A stretch of DNA of 60,599 nt, filler included, from Sphacelaria rigidula (taxonomy: Eukaryota), in NCBI GenBank assembly GCA_964200075.2. It is 6 parts of 6 records of this genome, joined end to end, with 100 filler letters (N's around TTAATTAATTAA, not from the genome) between each part and the next. Parts side by side here need not be neighbours in the genome. Positions count along the whole stretch, not along the records: positions 10,119 to 20,135 come from CAXNAA020007314.1; positions 20,236 to 30,252 come from CAXNAA020007315.1; 4 more parts are not named here. One strand, written 5' to 3'. The notes under the pieces are model-generated. The model was not told the origin of the DNA and made no database searches. It worked only from the letters and a program-made list of their open reading frames with translations. Positions 10,119 to 24,100 of the stretch are shown here, in pieces. The translations under genes were made by a program, and so were the position numbers. Positions within the stretch are counted from its first letter, which is position 1, and each line of letters begins with the position of its first letter.

Positions 10119-12382
10119 GGTGGGGGGGCACTCCCACCTTGGTGCCTATCCATACATCCGCTGAGCATGTCCACCCTCGGGTGGGCATGTTTGCCGGGTG
10201 GAGCGACTCGAAGCTAGAAATAGCGAAGTGTATGGATAAAAGGTTCCTTCCTGTCCTCTGGGGACGAAAAAAAAAAATCAGGCGCTGCATGGCCATTTTT
10301 TTCGTCACAGTTTTGAGCTGGTTTTGGAGGGGGGCTATCGTAGAAAGTGTCACGGAGCACCGGGCTACTCCGGGAGGGGGAAGGGGGGGGGGGGCAGCCC
10401 CGAATTTTTTCTCTCGACAGACCCTTGTTTGTTGCGTGATTTTGCGTGTTCCGTTGTAGGTAGCAGCTTGTGTTTGGCAGATTGCTGTCCCGTTTGCCAA
10501 CGTTCGCGCGGTGTGTCAATCACTCGGCAGAGGTCTGGAGTGTCCAGGCCGTAGAAATAGGTGAAAAGAAGCGCGGGCTGTTGTGGCTCCAAGCTATATA
10601 CAAAAAGAAGCGTGGGCTATTGCGTCTCCAGCCCGTGGAACGAGGTAGAAAAAAGAGTAAAAAGAAGGGTTGGAGAAGCTCTTCGTCCAGTCGTTTTTGT
10701 CCCGTGCGCGGGGTTGGACGGGGGCGGCTGTGGAATAGGCCCACATTGGTCCATTAGAAATACAATTTGGACGTGATATGAGACAGCATAAGACAGGATG
10801 GAATACAAGATGAATCTAGTATTAGTGTTCGCGCGGTATACAATACCACTCTTCTGTCGGACAAGGTGGGGTACACTGCACGGCCCTTGTGCCCCGCGAC
10901 GCTGTTCCGCGGTAAAACCGCGCTCTTTCTTCGCGAAAGTTGGTGAACATGCTCTGCATGAGCTGTGGGCGCCGTGCCTTCGCATGGGGATTGATTTGGA
11001 CCAGTTTGGACCTGGCACGGACAACTCCAACTTGCGCGGCTAGCTGTACCTACTTTTTGACCAAAATATGTGGGACTGTACCCCCCTTTGCCTATTGACC
11101 TAACTCAACCTGCAGTAAACACATGTGGCGTACCGTACTGTACTGTACCATTAGGCCACCAGGGTGCGGCGGTATGCATTTAAAACTGGCTCTGTTTACA
11201 AATTGTCATCACCACTGGGTCCCTGTTGGACCATACTGTGTCACCACACCAACAACCCCGAGCGAGAAATACTAAATGTGCAAGTTTATACAAATATACA
11301 GTGCATGCGGCGGCTGATACCAGAGCGATCTCAGTCAAGGTCAGTGTACTTGTAAGCGATACCTGGAAGAACATTTGAGGATGTCATAATAGTGTTGAAG
11401 ACTCAATAGTTGCCGGCAGCAGCAGTCTGTCGAAGGGCAGCGGCGTAGGAGTTGGACAACGAGCGTCATAAAAGTCATCCAGTATCAACTGGTATACTTA
11501 CCGCGGACGATTTGGTACAAAAAATTCAATAGATAGCCATAGACGAGGGGCTGCAGCGATATTTCGAAGAACCTACAGTAACGTTAACGTTCTTGACGCT
11601 GAACACATACCACACCACCATAAAGGACTGTACTGTTCGTAGATGCGGGGTGGGCGAAGGGCGTTGGTTGTTGCGCTTTACCGAATAAAAGGCACGCGGC
11701 GGCCACGACCCCTGCGAGCGACAATTTGAAGGGACAACGTGAAGATCAGTTTCCATATTTCCATCTGCAAATGAAAAGAGGCAACCGCCGGGGACGTCTG
11801 CTGAAAACTATCTAGAAGTCATTTTCACCTGCCCGTCTGCAACTGACATTCGGGAAGCAGTAACCTTACAATGTGGACGAAACAATTCGGGCAACAGGGA
11901 ATATCGGGGGAGAGTGAAATTTGATGTCTCTAAACGGAAAAATGTTGGGATGGAGAAAAGTGGATACTGAGCTCTCAGAGCTTCATAACACGAAATGCTG
12001 CAATTTGAGCGCAAATACAATTCGAACGATATCTATAAAAAGTAAAAAAAACGGGCCCGACTCTACACGGAGTGATCTCACGATGTGTGGGGAAGTGGCA
12101 GCTTACACGGGGCAATCGCGGAGACACTAACAGGTTCTCCAAACGATGGGCAAACGTTTTGAAAATGGATTTCTGCAAGGAAAGGACGTACAGCTTCATT
12201 TTGTAGAGAAAATTTCCTGGGTGACCTCGCACGAAAAAGCATCACTGCGGCGGCTGGTGGGTGCCATAAGCTGGGGTGCAGTGCATGTCAGAAATAGCTT
12301 CAGGTTCAACGCCTTCTCGCTACTAAAACGTGGAACACATTTTTGGGTGAAGAGGAGACAGGTGCGGGCGCACGGAAGTGCC

Positions 12383-12603
12383 AGCACGTGGGTGCTCCCT
12401 CACACATAACAACACAATAATACGAGGGGTCCGTGCTGCTGCGCAAATGAGTCTCGTGGGCATTCGTAAGATGCCAGTAAACCGGAATTACAAAGCACGT
12501 GGGTGCTCCCTCACACACAACATAATAACACGAGCGCTCTGTGCTGCTGCGTAAATGAGTCTTGTAGGCATTCGTAAGACGCTAGTGAACCAGAATTACG
12601 AAA
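12383..12603. repeat. Tandem duplication of a ~110-bp unit
   Basis: AGCACGTGGGTGCTCCCTCACACA...GTGCTGCTGCG.AAATGAGTCT.GT.GGCATTCGTAAGA...GAATTAC occurs twice head-to-tail. Confidence 0.9.
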
Positions 12604-13355
12604 CGATTTTCACCAGAGGGAACGCAGTGTTATTTCTGCCATGCTCGCTGATGAAAACCACCGATGTCAAGCAGGAAAAGGCGAAACCCACCCTTTTGTG
12701 AAAAAATTGCCCTGCATATAAACAGACATGATGACCGTCCCCGGACGCGTTTCGAGGAAACCCTTTGCTAAGAATTCATGCCGCCATCGACGTACCTATC
12801 TACTGGAAGAATGAAAAGCAGACACAAGAAAGCAGAAGAGGGTCCGACAACTCCCCAAAACATTTCTCACATCAGCGCACGGGCAGCAGACGATCATGAG
12901 CTCTCGCGCCGTATGTACTTACGATATGACACAAACCATCGGCTCATCCGGGCCTACTATTAATGTCAGACCAAAACACTGTACAGCACAGAACTTGCCA
13001 ACTACAGAGTAAGAATAGCCCGTATGTGCAACGACAGTACTGCCGCTTCATCCCATGAAAAACATGGCACAAGCCATAATACTACAGGGGGAGAACACGA
13101 CATACAAGCTGACTGCAAAAGTCGATATATTTGGAATGGCCGGTCAAAACAACATCCACACGTTAGCTCGCAATCCTGCACGCGTCATACGTGAGGCTTT
13201 GGTGTCATACATAAGCAGGTTGAGATGAAACGCTCGTCAGCAGCCGATGATGCTACGCGACTCGGAATTAGTGCTAATAGCTAGCTCCATTGCTTCAGAA
13301 GCGTCCCTTTGCCTTGGAACCAGCGACGGACGAAGAAAATTTGCCCCGCGCTCAC

Positions 13356-16300
13356 CAACAGGAGGACAACTGTCTCCGTAACCGAGCTGCGCACCATACT
13401 CTTGTGGTTTTCTTCAGCCTCTGTATGACGCAAAGCGACCAAGTTCAACGGGAAGCACGAGAACCGTCACGGGCTACAGCGGGAAGCATGGCGTAGTATG
13501 TGGACCCGAGAGCTAACACGAGCAAGGTTTCGTCGAAGAGCCTACCACTGCTTCTTCGGTGATCAACTCGTTGGAATTAATATGCGATCCCCTGTTCAAG
13601 ACGAACACCTAAGCCGCCAGAGGAAGTGTACACACACGGGGCCTTCCGTACGAATGACGGGTGAGAACGATGACGAGTCGCCGCTTTCTCATGAATCAAT
13701 CATTATTTCTTGCAAAATTCCAAGGATTCTGAAGGATTCTGACTAATCACCTGCCGTTGTTACCTCGCTTAGGCTACCTCGTATCTTTTGTGCACACTGG
13801 CGAAGCACGAAGGACTGGACAAATGACACCGTTGCCCACCTCCCTCTCTACCCTACGGGAAATGTGCTAATAGCAAGTACAGCACAGGATCCCGTGCCGA
13901 TTCTTCGGAATGCAATCGAAGCTGCAGAGTCGTGACCTAGTGGCACTTTTGATCTGTGGTCTTCCTGGTAATCGGGGGAGAGCATTTGCTAAGCTTCTTC
14001 GACACAAGTCATCTCTCCGGTTATCAGCGTGTACGATCGCATTTTCATCTGTTTGCTTGTTTTTCGGAAGGCTCGTACTATTTGATGAATATTTGGAGGA
14101 ATTGAACAGTTTGATGACCCACGAGCGTTTCGACGCGCCCTCGTCTCTTACACAACACGTATGTGTCGCTCGTTACGGCCAGTACCCCCCCTCCGCCCTT
14201 GAAGAGAAACGTGGCTCTTCACGTCGTCTTCATGGGCCCCTCATCTGACATCATCCTTGCCAGGCACTCTGTAAGCACTTACATCATGAGCTACGCGGAA
14301 CGTCTTACAAGTTGCCGTTCAAATCACGGAAGAGGAAAATTTACGTTTAGATTCGTGTCGCATGAGTAACCTGTGGAATCTGGGAATATGCAAGCATGTA
14401 TCACGCCATTATTCCATTCGTTTCATGTGTGAAAACGTACCGAGTCATCAGAAGCATTGCAAAAGGGAGGCCCAGACGCAAATCTTCCGTTATAAGCCAC
14501 GTGCACGGGTATAGAAAATACGAAAACCCCTGTGCTGGGGATGATGTCAGGCAGCAATCAAGGCGGACATCCATGTTACATTCCTCCAACAAACTGTCTG
14601 AAGACGTTTACGAGCGATAGGTTGCGAAAATTCGAATTAACCAAGCGGTACCAGTAGCTAGCCAACCGCATGTGCTTCTCATTAGTGAGGCGTTTGCCAC
14701 ACCATGGTAGGGGTAGCCACTGAGGTGTCGATAGTGTGTTACCCAGTCCGTCGCCCAGGTGGAAGTGGTTGAAGCTGCCACACGTTTTTGTGGTTCCACC
14801 GTAGTAGCTTTGCTCTCTGCAAAAAAAGTCCTTCAGCCCGTCCTATGCATATTTAATTTCAACTCGAAATACGTACAGTAGAATATAGCGGAATGCAAGT
14901 ATACACAAACTTGCCGATACCAACTCTAGTCGACAATAACGGGAAACTCATCGACGTATGTTTTGCTGTGTACGTCGAGACCCATCCCATAATCTGTTTG
15001 GTGTTTGCTGTTCCCATACAATGAGCTCGACACATCAAGACTTATCTCAGGAATTCAGATCGTTTTAATCGCATACGTTGACTGGGGAAAGATGGGGCCA
15101 AAATCCAATTCAATCATGCAGTGTATCACTCCTGTGCACAGGCTCCTCAATGTTGACAGCGGCCCGATGTTCTCCTGAGTCGAGGGGTACCATCAGAACG
15201 TTCCTCCAGGGTTCAGTAGGAAATCCAAGTGATGGTCAGAATCTGGTAATGGCAGGCGCATACCCCCGGATATTAAGGAATGGAGTTGGGATGTCTTTGG
15301 GGACTTCTTCATTGAAAAATCATCAACCGCATACTGTCAAAAGTTTTCGCCAAACATGTGAGCATCGCTGTTGAGACTGCGTATCTACTACTCGTCGACT
15401 CACCATTCTCGCGCAACGTCAATGACTTCTTCTCCCTGATCTGATGCATTTTAATCTTTTCAAACTCCTCCCGCAGATCCTCCAACCGTTCGTTAATAAT
15501 TTTCATATCTGATCCACAAGACGCGAAGCAGTCGCAGCGCATGCAATAGCAGGGTCGGGAACATCATAAGACCATCCAGGCAGCACTCTTGTGTTGAAAT
15601 AACGATGTTAAGGGCAGGGGACGAAGCAACGCTAATGTCTACAGGGGTTTTAATCTGAAATAAGATATTTCAGTAATTTTTTCGTAATCGGCAATTTTCA
15701 ATGTTTTTCTTCTCGTGCCACCCCTCATCCCAGCGAGCGGTTGATTCCAAAGCTTGGGGGTCGGGAGATACTAGGCATCTGCTACACGTTCCGAAACACG
15801 AGTCGTCTCTGCGCTCAACATTGAACGACTTCCGGGCTCAATTGACAAGTGGTGTAATTGACCGTTTTCGGTCCAAGACACATTTATTTTCGGCTCTAAC
15901 GCGATGAATAGGTAAATGTGAATGAAAAAGGGTCCGTAAAATCATTCATGAGAGTGATTGGAATTGCCTCACCCCCGCCTGTGCTGTGCAGAGCTCGGTC
16001 GGGCAATTTTCGTTCTTGGGTACTTTTCTGAATTTTCTCATGAAGTATCTGTTCTTGGCGCTTCAAGTCCTAGCGTCGATAGATATTGAGAAGAGGAGCC
16101 GGTCGTGCTCAGGACACAATCCTCAATTGGTGTTGTCAGGGTGATACGGAGAAAGTACCTTGTTCATCAGGGGGGTGATATCGACCGTCACCAGTAAGAA
16201 AAAAACAGTTCCTCGGCTCTAGCGCGATAATTATGTAGAATTAAAAAAACTCGATAACTTTCATTTGTTCACGAAAGCGATTGGGATTGCTTCAATCGGG

Positions 16301-19300
16301 CAAAAATAATCAAGGGTCAGAGGCTAGGGTTGGGTAGTCTCAGAATCCCCGAAAACCGGTCAGCCCGTAAGTCGTTCAATAATGAGCGCAGATGTGATAC
16401 TATTCTGGGAAATGGAGGGGATGCCTAGTATCTCCCGATCCCCAAACTTTAGGATCAAAGGTTCACTACATATGGGCGGTGGCAGGCGAAAATATTTTCG
16501 AATATCCCCGACTACGAAAAAATTACGAAATCTCATATTTCAGATGTAAACAACTGTACACATGTCACATGATGAACGCATGGCGCTCCGACCTTTATTT
16601 TCCTTCTTGTCCTTGTCAGTATTCTCCGTAGGCTCCTTCTTCGTGCTCGAGGCATCTGCGCGTATTGCAATGACAGAGTGAGTTGGGGAGAAAAAACAAG
16701 GGCACGAAAGAGAGGAAGGACATCTCGGGTGAGAGTCACAATTGCCCCGCGCAGCACCTGGACATATTCGTTGGACGTGAGCAAGGTGTGGGTTGCACGT
16801 GGAGTCCGCCCGCTGACGGTAAACAAGCGAGCGAAATGAGAATGCTGAATGAACTGTGTGAACAGAGATAGATGTCTGGGGACCAAAAAGGTACACGTGT
16901 CACAACAAACAACAAACAAAAGGTACCCTGCTTGTCGCTGCGACAGCAAGGATACATCAGTTCTACATCCATCCACCGTGTAAGGCGGTTGACATTGACG
17001 ACTAAACAGAGGACCGCGAGTTCAACAGCAGGGGCAGCTGCATGAACTGCACTACATACTTCATGGCCGTAGGACTTGTACGGGGAGCGCCCAGGTCATT
17101 AAACGTCACAAACTGCCCGCCCGCTGTCATATGACCGCTCAACCTAGCGGCAGCGCACAAGACTTATGGGGGAGACGCACGTGTCGCGCCACTCGTCCCA
17201 TGTACACGAAGCGCACGCAATGTCGCGATGCCGCCTCAGCTGGGCTGAAGCGCCCGGGGCCACAATTTATGAGGGTATTTCCAATCGGCTGAACTACACG
17301 AGTGCACGCCGGTTGATTGACGCTGGTGTACCTGACGCGCATGTTCCTCACCCTCAGTTTTTTCCTTCACGTTCAACAGGACGTGCTTGGTGCCTTGTTC
17401 AAACCGACGGTCATTTGATAGGCATATCTCGTACTCGCCTTGATTTGCTGCCAAAAACTGGTGGGGAGCAAGCGGCGGAGTGCAACACAATATGTGTGAA
17501 CAGGAAGCGAAGAAGGTCTGGCTATCAAGGTACTCATCGTGAAGTGCACCGAGCTGCAACGAGGGTTTTGGCTGCAACAGAGAGGGCAGAGGGCGTAATT
17601 CACGACGGAGAATTACACACAGCTCCGAAATTCTCTGCGACACCAACATGAATGTCCACTATTCTTCGAGGAAGGCTTCCTCACAATGCTCACAGGGGAT
17701 CAGCATCATGTGCACGCGCAAAGTGCGACAACCTTCAAGCCCGGTTTCAGACATGATGCGAAAGACAACGCAGATGAAAACTCATGACTTCAGTGCTTTC
17801 ACTGCCAAACCCTCACAAAAGGACTCACATTGATACCTTGGAATTGGGGTCGAATGAGCTCGACGACACACGCCCTGACACACTCCTGTCTCAGGTGGGG
17901 AATGAACACTTGATCGCATGGGGATTTGAGAAATGGAGCTGTATGAGATATGCGCACTTGCTTTCTTGGAACAGCGTGATGGAAGGGATACTTTTTAAAC
18001 CGCTTCCTATCTACGTCGGGATTATCACCTTGAATCCCCAGTGGCAGCAGCGAACTTTCTGGGAACGCGGTCCTACTTGCTCGCGGGCTACACTTTTACT
18101 CAAACATGTAAGCAACAGTTCGAGAAGCGGCATCATGTCGAAAAAATATGGGAGCTAATCCATGTTTCGAAAAAAAATCTAGGGCAAAATGCTCAGCAAG
18201 AACAGGGTGTCTAATGAACCTGTCTGACAAAAAAACAAAATCTTCATAAAAAATGTTCTTTCAAGCACGAGAAGCGGCACTTGTTATCAAGTTTTATAAG
18301 AACTCGAGAATCGCAGTATACATCTTCCCTCCGCTTCTTGCCGGACATGCCTCCGCGTGATCCCTTCACCTGCGGGACTGTCGGCAAAAACTAGTGTCCT
18401 CGGAGGCCTAGCAGACAAAAGGATGTACCATCTACTCCATCGATGGTTGAGGATAAAATAACGTGCGGTCAGGTGCGCATCAACTCCCGCGCTTGATCGG
18501 TTGCGGCTAGCCGTAAGCAGCAGCGCCAAAAGTCGCAGCAGCAAAGTTTGCGTTGAGGTGCGTGCGCACATTTTCACATTACGTAATGTATTTCGCGTGT
18601 GAGGTAAGTCATCATATTGAAAATAAACCATATACGCACGTTGTATTGAAATTTGATACGCTTTAGCCCGCCGGACACCTTCACGTGCAGGGAAAACGTC
18701 CGCGTGGAGAGAGGCAGTAACACCACACCAGCATTCATGCACGCGATCGGGGAAGAAGGCCACGCGTCAAGGTAGGTTGGCAAGGCTTTTGGTAACAAGA
18801 GCTCCAAAACTCCTGTAGTAGTGTCCGTTCAAGAACACGCCGACGTTCGTGACTGTGGTACTGAAAGTAACAGTTATGGCTCACCTCAGGGTTATCTTGA
18901 TCACCGTCTCCCGAGGATATCTTCTTACTGAATACGCTCTTCAGCCTTTTCACCCCGGGACCGGTGTTCTGAGGATAAACCTGGACACCAAGTCGGATGG
19001 TGGGAAGGCTGTGGACATTACAACCGTCATCAAACACTGTAGGGCAGTGGCGTACACAACAGTGAACAAACGGAGCTATCGCCAAGGCGATATACTCCTA
19101 GCAATGAAAAAAACATGCAAAAATAGTTGGGTGCGGCTTTACAAAATTTTACTGCTCAAATTGATACAAGGTGAGGCAGAGAAGGTCTGGCCTTTCTGAA
19201 TTGCCTTGTTGCTTCTGTTGTGCCGTGCATACAACCGCTACCGAAAAGCGCCGGCATGGTCCATGAGTGACATATGCGCGAGATTCCAAATACGACAAAT

Positions 19301-19500
19301 TTCTCGATACTGTTTTAACGCCTTCCCGTGATAGGGGCACCCTACTCTGCCTTTCCCCATCAACAGAGTCTCCGTCACGTCAGCGGCAGGTGGGTATGCA
19401 CGGGTCAACAATTGTGTGCACAACGCACGCCCAAGTAACGGCGAAAAATATCGAACGTGAAGAGAACCTGCCGACATATCGGAATGGCACGCACCCAGTA
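13356..19500 (-). pseudogene. Candidate decayed multi-exon gene of unknown family
   Basis: AG/GT-bounded minus-strand exon candidates: 18885-19097 (EYIALAIAPFVHCCVRHC...DNPE) and 16593-16655 joining in phase to 15404-15508 (DASSTKKEPTENTDKDKKENKDMKIINERLEDLREEFEKIKMHQIREKKSLTLREN). Others near 13356-13610, 14650-14820, 17060-17145 and 17830-17875 need stops or frameshifts. No family recognised. Confidence 0.3.
15642..16556. mobile_element. Tc1/mariner-type MITE, 915 bp, long imperfect TIRs, TA duplication
   Basis: TA|CAG...CTG|TA; ~135-bp diverged TIRs including ATCTGAAATA..GTAATTTTTTCGTA and TCGGGAGATACTAGGCATC / GATGCCTAGTATCTCCCGA. Confidence 0.8.
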
Positions 19501-20135
19501 CTGTACAAGAGTCAACAAATGCACATAAACGTGTGCTAGTATTTTTTATCGCATGCCTAATCCTTTACATCAACCGAAACCCTGGGACTTGATACACACA
19601 CTGATGACTATACACGTCTCGGCTCCCGACTGACGGGTTTCAAGAAAGTATTTTGCCACCGCGCTCCGGTGGTCTCCTGGTACCACTGAAGTAATCAGGT
19701 CGGAAGAATGCAGATTCAAATTCCAGCAGATGCTTTCGGGGCTTTTACTGGGAAATGTCTTATTACAGTTGCTAAAAAAGTGAGGAAGTGAGTTTATTCG
19801 GCGAGAGTCACGCGGTGCGGGAGCGCTGATTGTCACGATCCCATCCGCGATACAAAAACGGCAGGCGTGTACCTGGGGATAGATTGGGTTGATCCATTGA
19901 GACCACGGATGAAGGGGAGGGGTCAGAAAGGTGCCTTGAAAAAAAATGCAGAAATGGCTGAGGGAATTGACACCTATCGTTGACCTGCAAAGTAATTTTT
20001 CATTTCACCTGGGAAATTTACACGGTACTATGCCTGTGGCGCACGTGCCTAGCCGCTCAGTGATGATCTACTTCCTCTGTCCCAAAAGTAAAGTCCGTGA
20101 TGGGCTTTTAATCGTTTGTGCATTCAAACTCTTCC

Positions 20136-20235
20136 NNNNNNNNNNNNNNNNNNNNNNNNNNNNNNNNNNNNNNNNNNNNTTAATTAATTAANNNNNNNNN
20201 NNNNNNNNNNNNNNNNNNNNNNNNNNNNNNNNNNN
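20136..20235. other. Artificial contig-join spacer
   Basis: Same 100-nt N/TTAATTAATTAA/N linker. Confidence 0.98.
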
Positions 20236-21040
20236 CCTTCGCATGAACCCGAACATCGCGTTTTACTTTCCAAATGTGACGAAAACTCTGCTTGTTTTCG
20301 TGAAAATGTTACGTGTCACGTGTCACGTTAAAAAATCACAAAAACAGCCTTTTTTTACAAAACACCAAGAGACACTGCTTCAAGGTCGACATGTTACATT
20401 ACGTTACGTTGCATTTGTCCCGTCCAAAAAATCAAACCTTACGTCGCGCTAAATGGCCCAAAGTTATGTTTTTTCCGTTTATTTTCAAATTCGTCATGTG
20501 TGTCACGTATCCCTCCCTGTTTTTTCCAAGATATATCATGCACTAGCGGTTCTTCATATGATATTTGTCATATGCATAACTCTTAGGACTGAGACGCGAT
20601 ATCCAGATGAAGTCCATCTAGTGCTTCTGCTCGTAATGTATTGATTTTTGTATGAAAACTTGTCTGCGCCATATCTCGAGTTTGATCACGAATTAGGTGA
20701 AGGTAAGGGTATATATCGTCTCCCCGTGCTCCAGGTCATGTCCACACCAAAAATTGTCATACGCTGAACGCATCGATCGGGGTTTCATACAGATTTTAGT
20801 ATGAACGCTATCTCCGTACGGTACAGATGGGAATTACTAAACATGGGGTTCAATCACCGAGAAAATATTGGCGTAGACTTTTGAGCAGGTGGACACCTTC
20901 CCCTTGATAAGGCGATTAATACAAAATGCGGATCATGGCCCAACTTGTCTGTGTCGATGAGATTTTGCTTTGAGAGCTTCAATCCGTGTCTAGGCTGGCC
21001 CAGCTCGTATGGTATGCAAGGTCATGAGTACACCCCCCTT

Positions 21041-21067
21041 CACACACACACACACACACACACACAC
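21041..21067 (+). repeat. (CA)13 microsatellite
   Basis: Read directly. Confidence 0.95.
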
Positions 21068-21158
21068 TGTAGCTCGTGTGGTGACGAGCAGAGTTCAGAC
21101 TTGTTTGTGCTTTTTTCTTTGTCCTCCTGTGTTTCGTCGTGCTTTGTGGAAATGTCAG

Positions 21159-24100
21159 GTTCTCAAGATGGTCACAAACTTCTTGCCGGCGTGGTATACG
21201 GACTCAGAGGTTGAGCGCGTGGAGTGGATGAACAAGATCGTCGGCCAGGTGATAAGCGATTCGTACGTCCATGTTTTCACTTATTGCTGCGCGCTTGCGC
21301 AGAGATTTAGAGCAGCAGAAGAATGCGCCCTGTTTCCTACTCGGTGAGGCCATGGCTGATGGCGCAACATTTTCGTCACTGCTTCGAACGCCGGAAGCGC
21401 CTCAGGATGGAGACGATCCCGAACAGTGAGCCCTAGAGCTTTTATTGTATTGGTTTTGCCGTGTCGTCTTGTTCTATCAGACACGTGAGTACATGCAATC
21501 TGTCATCCGTAAGCGGCGTTCGTGTTACTCTTTGCTGCCGCTGGTTTTATTCGTGCAGATGTGGGTATCCGCTTCGGCCGCTACCAAGGACCTTTGTTAC
21601 ACCACCATCCAGCCGCTGCTTGACTCGTACCGCCCGCCGGGAATTAGCGCTTTGGGCTTCAAGAAAGTGTCCCTCGGCACTGTGCCGCCGAAGGTGACTT
21701 TGTGACTGATTTTCATTTCTCGGCGGCCGATCGTCATGCTGCTGCTCCGTTGTTGGAACGCTCTCCGTTAAGTGATGGGCGAAGATTCGGTTGCCGTCGT
21801 TGCCTTGTGTAGTGTTTGCGGTTTCCCTTTCGTGTTGCATGTCTGGCCGTATCGTACTTGGCAATCGTGTCTTCCCGTGTAGCGTGCACTTCGTGTCGAG
21901 GTTCATTAGCGTTGTGTTGAAATTTTTGTTGGGCTGTATGTTCCTCTGTGGTCTTGTGCTTCGTTGCTGGTCGTGTCTGGTATGTCCACGTATTGTTGAT
22001 GCGCTGTTCGTCACTCGTGTACGTGTTATGCTTGTGCTGTGCACATCTAGGTTGTTGGGATCCGTGCATTGGAGATGAAGGGCGACAAAGCTGTGTTCGA
22101 CGTGGAGATTCGCTGGGCTTCCAATGCGGAGATCGTACTCGAGGCCGGTGTCAAGCCTATTCCGCTCATGATAACGCTAGACAAGATTCGATTCTCTGGC
22201 AAAATGAGAATTGAGCTTGCGCCGCTTGTGCCTGTGGTGAGCTGCACGCGATCGTGCTTTGTGTACGTCCGTATGCCGTCGAATTGTGTCTGCTGCTCAA
22301 GATCTTGCGCGGTGCTCGCCGGATGGTGGTGTGTTAGCCCCCTTTATTTTTTTTCAAAATTGCAGTGATTTTCTGCTGTTTCGCGTGAACCCGGTGATTT
22401 CTCTGGGTGTTTCTTACCCCTCAGTGACTATTGAGTTGTACATATATCGATTCTGCTATCGTACATGAAACTGATGAACCAACAATGAAGCGATGATTAT
22501 GTAATCAGCATACAGTGGTACCAAAGATGGGCGAACGGAGGCACTTGCCGGAGGAGACTGGAGTGAAAAAGGGACAAGGAATGCAGGAGTTGATCGTCGG
22601 CAGTGACACGGTGTACGCGAACACGCTCTTGCTGGGTCGCGTCTTCCGCCAGCTTTTGCACGTTTGCTAAGTGTCTGCCTTCTTCCTCCGTAGGGTCGCG
22701 AGGCGCTTTTCGTGAGTCATGGTCGCCTATCGCACTCGAACGCTCTCTGCGCACACCAGTCTTGCCAGTTTTTCTCTGTTTTCATCACCTCTGTTATTTT
22801 TGTTTGCGTGCACATATATACCTGCAGTTCCCGTGCTTCGGGGCCATCGTGGTGACATTCATGGAGAAACCGTTCCTGGATTTCGCCTTCTCGTTGGGAA
22901 AAATGGACGTAATGAGCATCGGACCTGGTGACGCCAACATCGGGGCTGCGGTCAGCAACATGATCAAGGGTATCTTGGAGAGCATGATGGTGTTCCCCCA
23001 GAGGATGGTGGTGCCCATTTTGGAAGAGCAAGACATCATGGTGAGCTCCCTCGTGCAGATCTTTGGCCGCGAGCGAAGAAGTAAACCGATCGCTGTGGCT
23101 GACTGTATGTGGGGAGAACGATTAATTCTTTGTGTTATGACAAATACGACTCGACACGAGCGACCGCCTCCACTCAGCGGTAAGAGTTTTTTTAGTTCTT
23201 ATTTCCCGTTTCAAGTATGTTGCCATGTTCATGGGGATGATGGCTGCAGTGTCCCACGGCAGTTGGGCAAACATGAACGGAAGATATTGGGTAGTGGCCG
23301 TGTTGCTTCATGTACAACACCATGTGTGACCGCTATCCAGCTATGTTGCTGCACTGGACGTGAACTTGACCACGCTTTTTGAGTCTGGCTCCTTTCCAAC
23401 CTGGATGTTGGGAGGGCTCGAATAGGTGTGTATTTGTGGTGTTGGTTTAGTTCGGAACCTTTTCAGTGCCGAGGCCGTCATTGAAAACGTGGAGCTGTGT
23501 GTGCATTCAAGACCTATCAACTTATGATGATCTCTTCGACGTCTTTCACCTCTTGGCAGGATCTGCAACACCCGACACCAAGCGGCGTTTTGGAGCTGAA
23601 AGTGGTGGGCGCGGACGACCTACGGAAAACAGATCTTACCGGTGAGTACCCACGCTAAGTTCCATGTATACTAATAGTACATGCCGGCCCTTTTCACGGC
23701 GTAACATTGGTGGTTGTGTTTTTTAACCCGCAGGCCTTGCTTTAACTTTTCATTGGGGTCATTTTTGTTTTTCGTCCGGTATCCCTCATGGCCATACATC
23801 TGCAGTAAAAGGACTTGACGTACACATGCCATGGCGACGAAGTGTAGCGTCCATGGCTATGTAGCTGTGATGAACTGTGACCACCACGGTGTCGAGAAAT
23901 TATCTGTCGCACGGGCTGCTGTGCTTTTGGGCGTGCAGGCAAGTCGGACCCCTACGTGAAAGTCAAGCTTGGCTCAGAGCAGGAGGTGAAGACAGACGTC
24001 ATCCAAAACACGCTCAACCCCAGGTGGAAGCAGAATTTCGACCTCATGGTCTACGAGCGCTCTGTGGAGGTAAGGATCAAACGAGAAATACATGGTCAAG

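Noticed and set aside
16311..16337. Telomere-like TAGGGT motifs (also ~24486)
   Set aside because: Only one to three degenerate units; not a telomeric array.
17166..17651. 161-aa plus-strand ORF
   Set aside because: No recognisable motif or splice context; ORFs of this length arise by chance at ~50% GC.
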